In this document: piece after piece, positions 1 through 12,641 of the stretch
How the letters are laid out: the number at the start of each line of letters is the position of its first letter
Numbering within the stretch: position 1 is the stretch's first letter
Assembly: GCA_028534125.1 (NCBI GenBank)
Contig: CM052832.1
Coordinates: 20,586,001 to 20,650,000 of the forward strand
Direction of reading: 5' to 3'
DNA length: 64,000 nucleotides
Source: Lama glama
Lineage: Eukaryota
Program-made: the position numbers and the translations under genes
Notes under the pieces: generated by a model
The model's input: the letters and a program-made list of their open reading frames with translations, nothing else
Database searches by the model: none
What the model was told of the DNA's origin: nothing

Positions 1-1054
1 AAATGTAGTTTGTCTGTCCATGTATGTTGGGAATACAGGTTTCTTATGAAGGGACAGGTATTCAAAATAAGGATTTAGTAGTAACGCAGGAACAGCCTTA
101 AAAACGAAAAGACTTGACAGAGGAGGAAAAGAAAGCAGTGAATACTGACACAAAGGGGGAAACACAACCAAATTTATTTATTCTACTGAATAACTTGAGT
201 AGAGTAGAGTATTTAAGTGGCAAAGCTGGGACTAACATTTGCAACAGGTGTTTGACAGTCTCTAATGTTTTTATTTAAGAAGCTCATTAAGTTCTGATAG
301 GAGAGCAGTCTGGTTTCAGTCAAGGAAGACATACAGACACATATTCCAGTGATATAAATTATGAAGACAGAAGATGGACTATGTAAATAGAAGATGAGTA
401 TTTTAGAATAAACTATTATAAGAAAAAGACTTCAGCCCCAGAACCACATTGAAGGGGGAAAAGTCTGTAAGTTAACCACTAGTTTTCACTCTTCAGCACA
501 GAGCATATTTTGGGTTAAAATGGAAGCTGTTTAGTTCCAAAATGAAATGAATGTTTCATTTTTCAATACATCCTATACTGCGACATCAGTTCTTATGTGA
601 GTTGACTCATACATTGTTTCTGCATGTTCCTGCTCATTGATTATTATCCACTCCTAGCTACTTTCTCTAAACTTTAGACATCAAATTTTCATAAACATTC
701 AAGCTAAACTGTCAGCCAAATAAAAAATAGTTGAGATCATTATTAATATTTCAAGTAAGAGGCTGCTACATTTGAATTTTATGATGTGACCTCTTTTCCA
801 CAATCATGTATTATTCAGGTGGTATAATGTCAAGTTTTCATCATACATATTTCGACAAATTTTCTTTCATTCAGATGGTCCTAATAAGGCATCCAGTAAT
901 CACAAGCTATCCAGCTTATTAGGCACATTAGAGGATGTAAGACATGATTCTGTCCTCACGAGAGTAGGAAAAATAGAAAATACACGCCATAAAATAAACT
1001 TACATTAAGCATGATAAAACTGCTTTCAGTGCAAGAGGTATTGCACTGATTTTT

Positions 1055-1270
1055 GTGATGGAAAGAGTGTTGACTTTAAGACCCAAAGACCACGGTGAGT
1101 CCTGACTCTATTACTCAGTAATTCTGTAGCTCTGGGTACGTTATTTGACTTTTTCAAAATCCCAGCCCCCTCATCTGCAAAACCAGAATACTAATATCTA
1201 AATTATAGAGCTATAGTTAGGATTGGCGACAATGTATATAATGTGCCTGACACATGGTAGTTGCTGGAAG
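1055..1270 (+). mobile_element. MIR SINE (degenerate)
   Basis: MIR core-like text: gtgatggaaagagtg...ctctgggtacgttatttgac...ctcatctgcaaaaccagaatactaata...tgtgcctgacacatggtag. Confidence 0.75.
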
Positions 1271-1299
1271 ACAATTCTCCATGATTATCTCATGTTTCA

Positions 1300-1843
1300 A
1301 GCCCTCTGAGAAAAGGCATTTACAGTCAATGATTATAAAAGGAGATGTTCCATAAAGCAAACCTAGAGATATCCCCTCTTTGGAGACGTCCCAAGGTAAT
1401 AAAGGTAAAGACCTTCCCTACCCTTCCCCAGAGATCTTTACGTTTCAAGGTAATAAACCTAAAGATGCCTTTACCTTCTTCCTCTGGGGACATCTGCTCA
1501 TATTTCAGTGTAATGGTAAGGTGTCTCTCTGTTTCTGGAGTAGAGAATAGTCATGTCACTAGCACCCTACAGAAAATCGGAGTCTCCTAATTTGGGAGTC
1601 CTTTTCCTTTGATGCACAAGTAACATCTGGCACTCATCACATCACCCTGTGGGAACCAAAGCCTTAAGGAATCCACGCAGAAGTCTTGCTCTTGTTGCTG
1701 CTGTGTTGTGTGTAATAAATGGCCTTTGTCTCTGACCCAGATACATATAGTTGGTGGATGTATGAATAGACAGCCAGATAGATAACAGGTTAAATTTTTA
1801 GCTTGCAAGTATCGTAAACTTTCAGACCATTTACTACTTAACA
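1300..1843 (+). mobile_element. Solo LTR, ERVL-class (MER54/MER73/MER74-like; subfamily unassigned)
   Basis: AATAAA at 1714-1719 followed by ctttgtctctgacccag...ttagcttgcaagta...tcagacc...cttaaca, a recalled LTR U5 end; internal imperfect direct repeat aaggtaataaa. Confidence 0.6.
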
Positions 1844-2639
1844 GTAGTTACTCAAAACTTATTCATTATTATTATTAAACTCCTGTATTCATAATTTAAG
1901 AGGCACTATTATTATCAAAGAGTATGTCAAAGATGAGGTAGCATTTGAGCTGAATCTTTAAGGATGGGGAGAATGAGACCATTTACAAATGGTGTGAGAA
2001 AGCACTACAAATAATCAGGAGTAATACAGACAATGCTGTGTGCAGGAGCTGAACCACTGCTGGGCTCACCACAGACACAGCAGATGATTAATTCTGATAG
2101 AGTACAGGTAGTACAAGGAAGAGTACACAGGAACAGAAGCAGAGAAAGAGTCTGATTTGAGCGCATGCACTGCCTTACCAGGTAAGTAGCTTCAAAAACA
2201 TCAGACAGCAATGGGGGGAAACCGCACTTTTAGCAAACAGCAGGACATTCAACATCATTACTTTGAAGAGGTAACTCCACTAGGCAGTACATATTAGGGA
2301 GAACTGAACAAGGACAGACTGGAATAGACTTCTCCAGTCATCCAGATGAGAAGTGACACAGCTTAAAACCAGACATGACAGTGGAAACAGGACTGGGAGA
2401 GGCCAGAGTAGCATCATGCTTGGGGTCTTGGTCTTAGGTCAGTTTTTTTCTGGTCTTGGTTTCAGAGAGTCTGATCTGTTCATGATCTCTCAGAATGCAG
2501 ACGGTGGACTTACAGTTCTGTTACCCGTCATTTTCTTATGGTTTTGGAATGAACTGAGTTCACAACTCAAATTTGCAGAAGTGAACCGAGCTCTACAGAG
2601 CATATCAGAAGCAAGTTCTGCTGCATGTGACCCAAACCC

Positions 2640-2930
2640 GAACATAACAATGTACCTGAACTGCCCCCACCTCCCACAGGGTCTACAGTGCAGCTCTCTC
2701 TTAATGGTCCAAGATGGCTGTTTGAAGTCCAGTCTTCTTATGCCCAACAGCAAGGGGGAAGAAAGGGCAAAAGAATCACACTTTAGGGATAGTTCACAAA
2801 CAAAATCTTCACTTACATCTTTCGAACAAAACAGTCACAGGCCTACATGAAAGTCCAGGGAATGAAGGGATACGTAATATGTTAGCTGGTAGCCATATGT
2901 CCAGATAAAAAACGGTTTTGTTATTAAGTG
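2640..2930 (-). mobile_element. Old MLT1 (ERVL-MaLR) LTR fragment
   Basis: atggtccaagatggctg...cttcacttacatc...gtcacaggcctac...ttagctggtagccatatgtccag resembles antisense MLT1. Confidence 0.55.
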
Positions 2931-3299
2931 CAAGGGAAAGAGGAGCGTCTCCTAGACAAATATACTGAGCAGTGCTATGGAAACCCACTTTCCCACAGTC
3001 TTCCTCATCTACTTCAGATTAAAGCTCAGGGTTTGCCCCAGTAAAGATTGGACCTGCTCCAACCAGGTTTCCATAATGCGACCCTCAAGTGTCCTGTGGC
3101 CCCTTGACTCAGAATTTACCCTCATTGATTCGTATTGCCTAGAGAGATCAAAGCCATCATTTCAGCCAGGGGCATACTTCACAACCAAATAAAACAGAGA
3201 AAGCCTGGAGGTTGTTGCTATCTTCATTTAATCATTTAACAAAGTTGGTTTGTTGGTTTTTCAGGATTTACTTTGCAAATGAGACATGTCACAAGGTAA

Positions 3300-3610
3300 G
3301 ACAGAAGGAGATGAATTATCAGAGGGAGTTATTATCAAGGATATTCCAAGGGTATTATCAGTGAAGATGGATCAGGGGATGAGGAAGGCTTTTCCAGAAA
3401 TAGGTGGAAGTCAAGGTAGGCCCTGAAGAGTGGCAAAATTTAGAATATGCAGCGATGGGCGGGAGAGAGGCAGAGCACTGATGCTGAGCAGAAGTGCTGT
3501 GCGGGAAGAGAGTAAGAAGGTCACAAGGAACTCCTGGAGTCGAGAGATATGAAGGGCAGTGGGAAAGGCAGGGTGACAGTTCAGGATGAGATCACAGAAG
3601 GCTTTCACTT
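3300..3610 (-). mobile_element. L2 fragment
   Basis: Purine-rich tcaggggatgaggaaggcttttccagaa...aggccctgaagagtgg..., typical of antisense L2 3' region. Confidence 0.45.
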
Positions 3611-5199
3611 CTGAGCTCCAGAGTCTGTGATTTATTCTAAGCATCCAACGCCCGTTTTCTGCATAAGGTATTTCACTGCTTTCGGTTCAGAGTTGATGTG
3701 AGGACACGGGAAGAGAAACAGAAGACAGAGTTCAGTACTGAGATGGGCAGAGCAATGGTGTGGTGGGAATATTCCGCTGCCATCCTGCCCCAAGACTGCC
3801 CTTAGGGCTGGAGAAAGCACATCACCTCCCAGGAGTGGGCAGACCTTTCTGTGGGACAGAACCTTGGGCAGAGAGAGCAGAGGGCAGCCCCAGGCTACCT
3901 TCCCTCCGCCTTAAGCAGACTGTCCTCCCAGTTCCCAAACAACCAATTTCCCATAACTAACATGACTGAAGGGACTGAAGCCCCACAGATGTTTTGGCTG
4001 TTAAGATAGCTATATGGCCACGGACACTGTGAAACCCTCAATAAAATGTTTATTGGGCACATAATGAAATCTATGTATGTTTAAAGCAAAACAAAACTGT
4101 GTACTCAAGACCACCGTGAGCCCTTCACATAAATTTAGACCTTCACCAAGCTCTATAAAATCTATTAACTGTTCTTGGGCATGGCTAAGTAATGATTAAA
4201 TGTGCTATTTTCACATAAATACCTGTAAATACAGCTTCAAATGTGTAAGAACAGAAGAAAAGGAGATGGAAACAGCCCACCTCGACACAAGATTGTATTT
4301 TTAAAATTCACGTCACCTAAACAGAATTCTAGAGTATATTTAAATGCTGGATTAAGCCAAACCACATCATCGGGAAACTTTATTTTGATTTGGTTATGTT
4401 TAATTTGGCTTTGCATTCCCTGGAATAAAATGTCACAAAGTCAGCTGTGAAGAGAATTTAAAATCGTGTAGGGCCACTTTTCCTATTCGACTTTTCTGTC
4501 TCTCTCATAAAATCTTTTGGTGTCAGCAAAACCTAGAGACATGAGTAAAACTACTTCAACCCTAACCCCTTGATGTTCATCTGACATCCAGAAGTCCTTA
4601 GAAAGCGCAAAGCAGTTTCAGCCCACACTTGGACTTCAAGAGTGCTATTGATGAAGCATTGATAACGTCAGTCATAATCTACCCCCATGTTTAGTTTACA
4701 GGCATCTGTTTAAGATGCCTCCTTTTTTTTTTTTTTTTAAAGTACCCTACTCTCAGCCTAGGTGTATAAAAGTGCCATCACATTGGAAGGTCAGTTTGCC
4801 CCGAACTCTCAACATCCTGCTTCTCATATTCAAAGCTTGCTTTGTTTAAACCCAGCTCTCCAATCTCGGTTATGCTTTTTCCAATACAAGACCTACCTTT
4901 AGTTTTGAACCCCTGACTTTTGGTTTTGTTTGCTTATTCTCAATGGTCCAATCACTCTGCCCACTGAACATCAATCAGTCCTCATCAACTGGCCATATTC
5001 ATTTATAAATATTTATGCAACATATGTAAACAGATACCAGATGTAAAAACAGTACGTAGACATAAAAGAATATATCAATGTATATAATACATACAGATAT
5101 TTTTATACTTCCCCATATGTGAAGTATTGTCTATACCCACCCTACTTTCATTCCTTCTTCGCTTCCTTCCTTCTTTTCTCTACCTTTTTTCCTTTTGGT

Positions 5200-5490
5200 T
5201 TTCTAATGTCTTATAACAGCTTTTTCTTCATTCTAGATATTAATCATTTGTTGTATATGGGATAAATATTTTGAGTCTGCAAGTTATCTTTTAACTTTGT
5301 TTACAGAGTTTCTACTTAGCATTTCATTATTATTTAAATATTTTTTCTTTATGGCTTTTGTATTTTGTACCTTGATAAAGAATATGCTCAACCCAGGATC
5401 CAGTTTGTGAGGATGTTCTATATCTGACTCTATGATTTTTATAGATTTGTTCTTTCACATTTAGAATTCCATGAATGTCAGTTAGGATTC
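5200..5490 (-). mobile_element. Old L1M fragment
   Basis: ttctagatattaatcatttg...ttatctttaactttgttt...ctttcacatttagaattccatg matches antisense L1 ORF2 text. Confidence 0.55.
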
Positions 5491-5629
5491 TAATTTTTGA
5501 AATAAAGGACAGTAAATTGACGCCACGGTGTAGAAATTTCAAAATTTTCCCATTTTAATATTCTAAATTGGCAAATTAGATTCTCTCAGTACTTTTTTTA
5601 CTATTCCTATGCCAAAATGACAGGATTCT

Positions 5630-6566
5630 TTTTTTTCCTCTTATTGAAGTATAGTTGATTTACAATGTTTTGTTAGTTTCAGGTGTACAGTAAAGTGATT
5701 CAGATATATATATCTATACACACACACACTTTTTCAGATTATTTTCCAGTATAGGTTATTATAAGATAACCTTTATTTTCCCTGTATTCACAGTAAATCC
5801 TTGTTGCTTATCTTTTTTGTGAATAGTAGCTTATTATGATAATCCCTAGGTCCATCCATGTTTTGCAAATGGCATTGTTTCATTCTTTTTTATGGCTGAA
5901 TAGTATTTCATTTGATTATACATATAGATATATAAAATAAAAGCACCGTATCTTTTTTATCCATTCATTTGTCAATTGTCATTTAGGTTGATTCCATTTC
6001 TTGGCTATTGTAAATAGTGCTGCTATAAATGTTGGGGTGCACATATCTTTTCAAGTTGGTTTTCATCTTTTCTGGATATATGCCCAGGAGTGGGATTGCT
6101 GGATCATATGGTAAGCCTGTTTTTCGTTTTTAAAGAAACCTCCATACTGTTCTCCATAGTGGTTGCACCAGTTTACATTTCTATTAACAGTGTAGGAGGG
6201 CTCCCTTTTCTCTACACCCTCTCTAGCATTTATCATTTGTGGACTTTTGATGATGGCCATTCTGACTGGTGTGAGGTGACATCTCATTGCAGTTTTGATT
6301 TGTATTTCTCTAATAATTAGTAACATTGAGTATTCTTTCATGTGCCTGTTGACCATCTGTATGTATTCTTTGGAGAAATGTCTATTTAGATCTTCTGCCC
6401 TTCTTTTTTCTTCTGTCCACTTTTGATTGGGTTATTTATTGTTGTTGTTGTTGTTGTTGTTGTTGTTTTTAATTGAGCTGTATGAGCTGTTTGTATACTT
6501 TGGAAATTAATCCCTTGTCGATTTCATTGTTTGCAAATGTATTCTCCCATTCTGTAGGTTGTCTGG
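5630..6566 (-). mobile_element. 5'-truncated younger L1 (ORF2 C-terminus + 3' UTR + poly-A) with TSD
   Basis: ORF 6063-6356 ([30 protein letters not shown]) is the L1 ORF2p C-terminal region; poly-T at 5630; TSD aaatgacag(g/a)attct at 5615-5629 and 6567-6581. Confidence 0.95.
6438..6466. repeat. (GTT)n microsatellite inside L1
   Basis: Direct reading. Confidence 0.9.
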
Positions 6567-7349
6567 AAATGACAGAATTCTCAAGTCTATTCTTTAAAAT
6601 GTTTTGTTATCATGTAGAACAAACCTCTCCCTACCCTCAGCCCTGCCATTGCCTTCACCACTGTTCTTTTTCAAAACTACCTTGGATGTTCTTGTGCATT
6701 TTCTCATCTAAATAAATTTGACTATCCAACCTATAAGGTCATCTAAATAAAGCTTCAGGGATATTATCTGGGATTGTTTTTATTAAAGGATTAATTGGGG
6801 GGTGGATAATTGGTCTAATAGATCTTCTACATACAACCCATATAATCCAAACAAATCTTCTAAATATTTTCCTAGTGGACTTATAAATACTGTGCCCTTA
6901 ACCACAAAGCAACTGCACAGCTCCATGGCTTGGAAAGGTTAATGATGACATGTGATCAAAGCCCCACAGACCAGAAATCTCTTATACTTTTATAGTCCTT
7001 TATGATCTTGTGCTATTCGATCAAAGTTCTTTTGTATGCATTACTGCATCTTGATCCGGCAACAGGAAGGGTATATGAAAATTCCCATGCTACCATTATG
7101 GAAACTGTTGTCAGCAACATTTGATGGAATTACCAGACACAAACCTAAGTTTTAAGTTTTCTGGTCACCTTTCCCACTCCACAAACCTGTTCGATCACCC
7201 TCTTAAGATATCATCAGAATAATTCATTTTCTTTTTATGGGAAGGTTGGACCAGTTACTGTGTAGAGATAACATGCATACACCACAAAATACTATCTTTA
7301 AAGGAACATAATATTTGAACTGAAAAAACTTCAACAAATTATTGGGTAG

Positions 7350-7430
7350 CATTTCTTTGATTTATAGTTGAAGAAACTGAGGCTAAGAAAGTAAAGTCTT
7401 TTTCAAGATTGACTAGCTAGTTGATGGCTA
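7350..7430 (-). mobile_element. MIR fragment
   Basis: tttatagttgaagaaactgaggctaagaaagtaaag MIR core. Confidence 0.6.
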
Positions 7431-8389
7431 CATTGTATGTTTTTAAGCACATGTTCTTGGCTTTGATTTGTTGGCATCTCTTCCTGCTGAAAGATACCAT
7501 ATTAAAAAAAATAAATCTGCCAGTCTCCATATTTAGAAACTTTCAGAACCAGAGTGACTCAAAGTTCCAAGTGATGCTCCTATACTAGTGTTGCCAAGGT
7601 TTGCATTATCCACTTGAGAGGTTCTTTCAGATATCTATTAACAATAGTACATCTTTAGTCTCCATTGTCTCCAGGACTGATAATGTTTTGCTAGATTGTA
7701 TCTGTAATCATATTAAGTGGCTGTTTAGTTCCATTGTGCTTAATTTTAACTTGAAGGGACACAAAGTAGAACCTGTTTTCTACCTACTTGTAATTAACAA
7801 AAGCAAAAATCTTAGAAAATCAGATTTATTATTTTTACTCTTTGTGTTTGCTTTGGTTATAAAATATGTTTTGTGAGAAGAGACAATCAGCCACAGATTA
7901 TGTTCACACTTTTTTTAAGCTCTTCTCTAAATATCTTGGCAAGTATTTCTCTGTGCATTAATGAGGTGATGTTTAAGTCATCATCCCATCTAAACTTTTC
8001 TTATTTCCTAGCACATTCATCACTAAAAAAGTCACATTTTGTCTGGAAGCTGCTTCTCAAATTACCCAACTTTGTAGCTCTTTTAAATATTTTTGTAGAC
8101 GCTGAAACCAAAAAGCCTTCAAGGTGTTTATCTTGCACACAATTTTCTTTTGATTTCTAATTGAAATGGTTTTCTACAAAGCAAAATTAGTATCAATTGA
8201 CTAATGGAAGGTCGTCCCAGCTATTGTTGAGTAGGGTGGTTATTCTTCAGTCTTGGAGATATCATCCTGACTGTTAAGATGTATTGAGCAAAAGGTTTCA
8301 ATACAGTGTCCTCTTAATTTTGCAACAGTTTGGTTAGATCTCTGGTCTGGTATCCCCAAATCTTGCTCAATTTTCTTTCACTTGGACCC

Positions 8390-8930
8390 ATTCAACAACC
8401 TCAATCACGGATGAATCTAATCTGGATGGTTGCAAATGGCTAAAAATACCACAAAATTAACCCATACTGGTTCACTGTAAATTTGTGATTTGCAGTCCCA
8501 CCTGGTCTTAGTCATCTGACACTACTCCTCTGTTTCTATACTCATCTCTCTTTTTTCTGTTCTTTGCTCCTTTAAACCCTTAACAATCTCCACAGATCTT
8601 CCAATTTTTTTTGACCCTTTCTCATTCATAGTAGGTGATCTCATCAGTTTCTTACCTAGGAAAACCCAACTCTCTCTGCTTCCCCACACCAACCCTTTCC
8701 TTTGTCATGTTTCACAGCGGAAGAAGACTTCCTATCCTTGTATAAGACCAAATTCTTCACCTGAGCTCTCTGTTCAATCACCCTGAACTTGAAGTACATG
8801 AGCCTATGTTATTATACATACTCCTTTATATACCATTCTCTATCATCAGCTCCCTGTGAGCAGTGACACTGTCTGTCATGTTCTCACTAGCCCAAAAGAG
8901 TATATGTCACAAAAAAAGGTGCTTAACAAT
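8390..8930 (+). mobile_element. L2 fragments including 3' end
   Basis: Pyrimidine-rich body; cagctccctgtgagcagtgacactgtctgtcatgttc...ggtgcttaacaat L2 3' terminus. Confidence 0.55.
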
Positions 8931-9353
8931 GCTGAAGGTGGGAAATACTCAGTAACGATTTTTAAAAGTTGCATCACGAATTCAGTGAGTAGCTACCCTT
9001 GCTAAGCAACAGTACGCATTCTCAGTATCTTTAAACTCAGAGGAAAGGCTAATACTATTCCATTCCCAACTTGTGTGGATTGTTTTGTCCACACAATTTT
9101 ACCTTGCTTGCTCTTTCCACCTTTTCTAATTTTTTTTGGACCTGATTTCTTGGCTTTAATTCTCGCTGATAGCCTTGCCTTCAGATTCTGACTTGATCTG
9201 CATTTATTATCTACTAGGGACTTAACATGTAATGAATTCTATAGTTTTCCAGGATTTTGGCCCATTTTAGCATCTACTTGTCAAACCCATGAACACCCAA
9301 GCAGAGACTTGACTCAGGCTCTTCATCTTACTGAGCCGAATTTTTCTACCTGC

Positions 9354-9383
9354 CACACACACACACACAAACACACACACACA
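9354..9383. repeat. (CA)n microsatellite, interrupted
   Basis: Direct reading. Confidence 0.9.
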
Positions 9384-10599
9384 TCCTTGAAAAAAAATAT
9401 AGAATGAAACATGTAATGCAGGAAATAACAAGAGTGGTAGCAACACAACAAGTAAGTAAACTTTGGAGAAACTGAAGCTGCTCTGCACTGCAACCAGAAA
9501 AGGTGGGCAATTGGTGGCCACCCTGAGAGCAGAAATACAAAGAGATGGCATCAGTTCTGTTCTTTCCTGACCTTGGACCATTGCCTTAGGACTTCACTGA
9601 CGGCCCACACCAAAGTGTGCGTGGGACTAAGATATAGACAAAGCAAGGCCCTACTGGGGTAGGCAGGTGAACAAAAAATACAGGTGAAGATTGACTAACA
9701 TCCAACATTCCTTTCCCTGTCCTCCTCTAAACCTCCAGGGTTGGGAGAATATAGTCCTCTCCACCCCCCAACCCCCCAGTATGTTCTTCCTTGAGGGTTT
9801 GATGGTGAAAATGAAGGAAGAACTACTTGATGGGACAAAATGAAATAGGAGATATTAGCTGTGTTTTTCCATCCTGGGGATTTCCACCCTGAGACTCATC
9901 CCCTCCCCTTATTTTGAACTCCTAGCTGCCTCAGTTCCGGGTCGAACCTCAGGTCCTTTCTCAATTAACCAAGCAGATTAGATGATACTCCAGCCAAACA
10001 CATGTTTAAAAAGTTTCCAAACTTTCCTAAGATGGAGTATGAACTACTGATAAGTACAGGGTCTGGAAAGTTCTTCTAGGGTAGCCCAAGTCTCCAACAG
10101 TGCCTTGTCTTGCCAGAGTGCACAAGGTGAGGTGTAGGGTATGGGACATAACCATCAGGTGTGGGTCCTCAGAAATCCTTGCTGCACAGTTCCCATGGAA
10201 GATGGCTTACTTTCACCCTGGGGGTGTGGGGCAAATATGGAAAAAAAACATATGGGAGACATGCTACAGAATATGAACAGCCCAATCAAGGACAAGAATT
10301 ATGAGCTCAACTCTTAATCGAGCCCAAACTACAAAAAAAGAAGGGTTTTTCCCTCCTAACTGGTATGATTCTTTTGCAAACACAACAGGCTAAAATAATC
10401 ATTTTAAAATTCTGATTCTCCTCGTTTTAATCTAAGAACATCAGGTCAAAGAGATGGAATAAAAATGTGATTAAGGACATGGGGCTAAAAATTGGAAAGG
10501 CTTGATTAGATTAAAAAGCCAAATACATCTGCTTGTGATGTTGTGAATTTCTTGCTTGGGAGATTTGGTAGAAGCAGGTACAGAGAGCTAAAAGTATTG

Positions 10600-11440
10600 C
10601 ATTTTAAAGACTTACTTTTACTGTGAAAACAACACATGTAAGGAATAGTGTACAGCATGTTAAAGGACCACCCTGGTCAAAACATAGAGTATTACCAGCC
10701 CCCCAGACACCCTCTAAATGTTCCTTCTTAATCCAATCCCCTTCTTCCTCCTTAAAGATAACCACCATCTCCGCTTTTATACTCATCATTTTATCACGTT
10801 ACTATTAAATATTCCTCTTTATACAATGTAGTTAAGGCTTTTTATCATCAAAATCATACAGTATTTATTCATTTATGCCCAGTTTCTTTGGTTCAACCTT
10901 ATGTTGATGACAATCCATGGCTGGTATTGTTTATAACTGCAGTTCAATTATTTTCATTAATTCATAATTTATCCATTCTCCTACTGATGATACTAGCATT
11001 ATTTTCACTTTGTGACTGTTTTGAATAATGCTTCTACACACTTTGCCGTTGTTATCTTCTGGTGCACATATGCGTAATTTCTCTAGGACATATACCCAGA
11101 ATTGGAGTTGTTGAATTACACAGATGTGCCTATACACACCTTTGTAAGAGAATGGAAAACTGTTTTTTAAAGTGGTTTCACCATTTTGAAATTGCACCAG
11201 AAATTTCTAAGAGTTACTGTAAAAGCATTGGCAGCCTCTCTCACGTGAGCCACTCTCCTGATGGTGCACTTATCTGTCATCAGGATTCCACCCTGACGTT
11301 CCCTGATGGTTACAGGCCATCTGGGTTGCCTCTTTTAGGAAGTGCATATTCAAGCTATCTGCTCGTTTTTCTAGAAAATTACCCACTTTTCTTACTAATT
11401 TGTAGTTTAAGAGATTTTTATCAAGAATCATACACACAAT
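10600..11440 (-). mobile_element. Old L1M (L1ME/MC-like) 3' region
   Basis: tatccattctcctactgatg...ttctctaggacatatacccagaattggagttg...aagtggtttcaccatttt, antisense ORF2 end and 3' UTR. Confidence 0.8.
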
Positions 11441-12530
11441 AAGTATCAAAAATATGTATGAAATTCTTATCTGAGTCAAATATTCGTAATTGCTATCGTC
11501 CTCCACAACAGCTACGGAACAACTTAGGGAAAAAGCCAAATAATTGTATTCATTAATACAGATATTAAATAATTCTGTGTTTTAAAATATTGTAAATTTT
11601 CAAGTAAAACATATTCAGTTATATGTATACACAAATAATGAAACAAATTTTCATTCATGGCTTGTGAAAATAATTTCACTTACTAAGGAGAGCAAATGAG
11701 CTGTTATTAAATGTCCGTCCTCTGCATACCAAGTGTGCCTTATTTACAACACTGCTAAGTGTGCATAAGCTGGCACTTATAAAGAGTGGTGGATAAAAGT
11801 ACAGTCCACTGAACCCTTTTGATCTCATTCGAGAATAACTTTAGTAAAACAGTTACAACATAACAGACTCACTGGCATGAGTGAATTTTGCATTCATACA
11901 AATCTACATATGGACATGACGTTGACACAAAGCCACTGCTTTTTAACAACTGATTAAACTGAAAGATAGCATGATGGGAGCAGAAAAATGACCTGAAAAC
12001 TTAGTGTAAAAATCATGGGATTTCATTTAAATGAGCTCAAATATTCGTTCTCTTGTTTTCTCTCTCTCATCATAGCCCTCCCCTTTCCTCTATTTGTTTT
12101 CCTCCTGTTCTCATTCATTCGCTTCTCTTCCATTTATATAATACGGGGCTGACAAACATGGATGTATTTCATACATTAGCGGTAAAGGGATTGCAAGAGA
12201 GTGGCTGAAGGGAGAAAGGAACAGAGAAAGAAGAAGAGATATTCTTTGGATGCTAGCTTGCGGTTCCATTGCCCTCCTCCAGCTGTACACTCCTGAAGAT
12301 AGTGACTGCCTCTCAGAACATCAGGCGTGGGGAATGAGGCCCTATGCTCGTGCTAATCAAGAAACCGGCGCTGTCAAGGCGCAGGTGCGCACCCTCAATT
12401 AGGAGGTGTCGTTCATCTCTGTCAACACTAATGAAATTCAGAAGCCTAAGGTGACAGGTATAGCAACTGATTTGGGAGTTTAAAAATTAATACCTTCAAA
12501 TTTCATTTTCCCCATTCCTTATGGCCTCAG

Positions 12531-12641
12531 CTCCTTCCACTGGGAAGGGGAACAAGAAGGAGCCTCATCCTGCCAGCATGCACGTGCCCGGAGTCGAGGC
12601 CAACATCCGAGCGGCGCTGCAGAATTATTTGGAAAAGCAAG
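12531..12641 (+). other. Candidate spliced exon (111 nt), host gene unknown
   Basis: AG-free pyrimidine tract ending ctcag at 12530; donor CAAG|gtaagg at 12641/12642; length a multiple of 3; no stop codons; CpG retained. Confidence 0.35.

Noticed and set aside
1026..1049. 9-bp inverted repeat tcagtgcaa/ttgcactga
   Set aside because: A length expected by chance in 64 kb; no supporting context.
2353..2850. 165-aa ORF
   Set aside because: GTG start, overlaps an MLT1 fragment, no recognisable domain.
3265..3295. Possible 31-nt exon (tttttcag|...AAG|gtaaga)
   Set aside because: Not frame-symmetric, abuts an L2 fragment, no other support.
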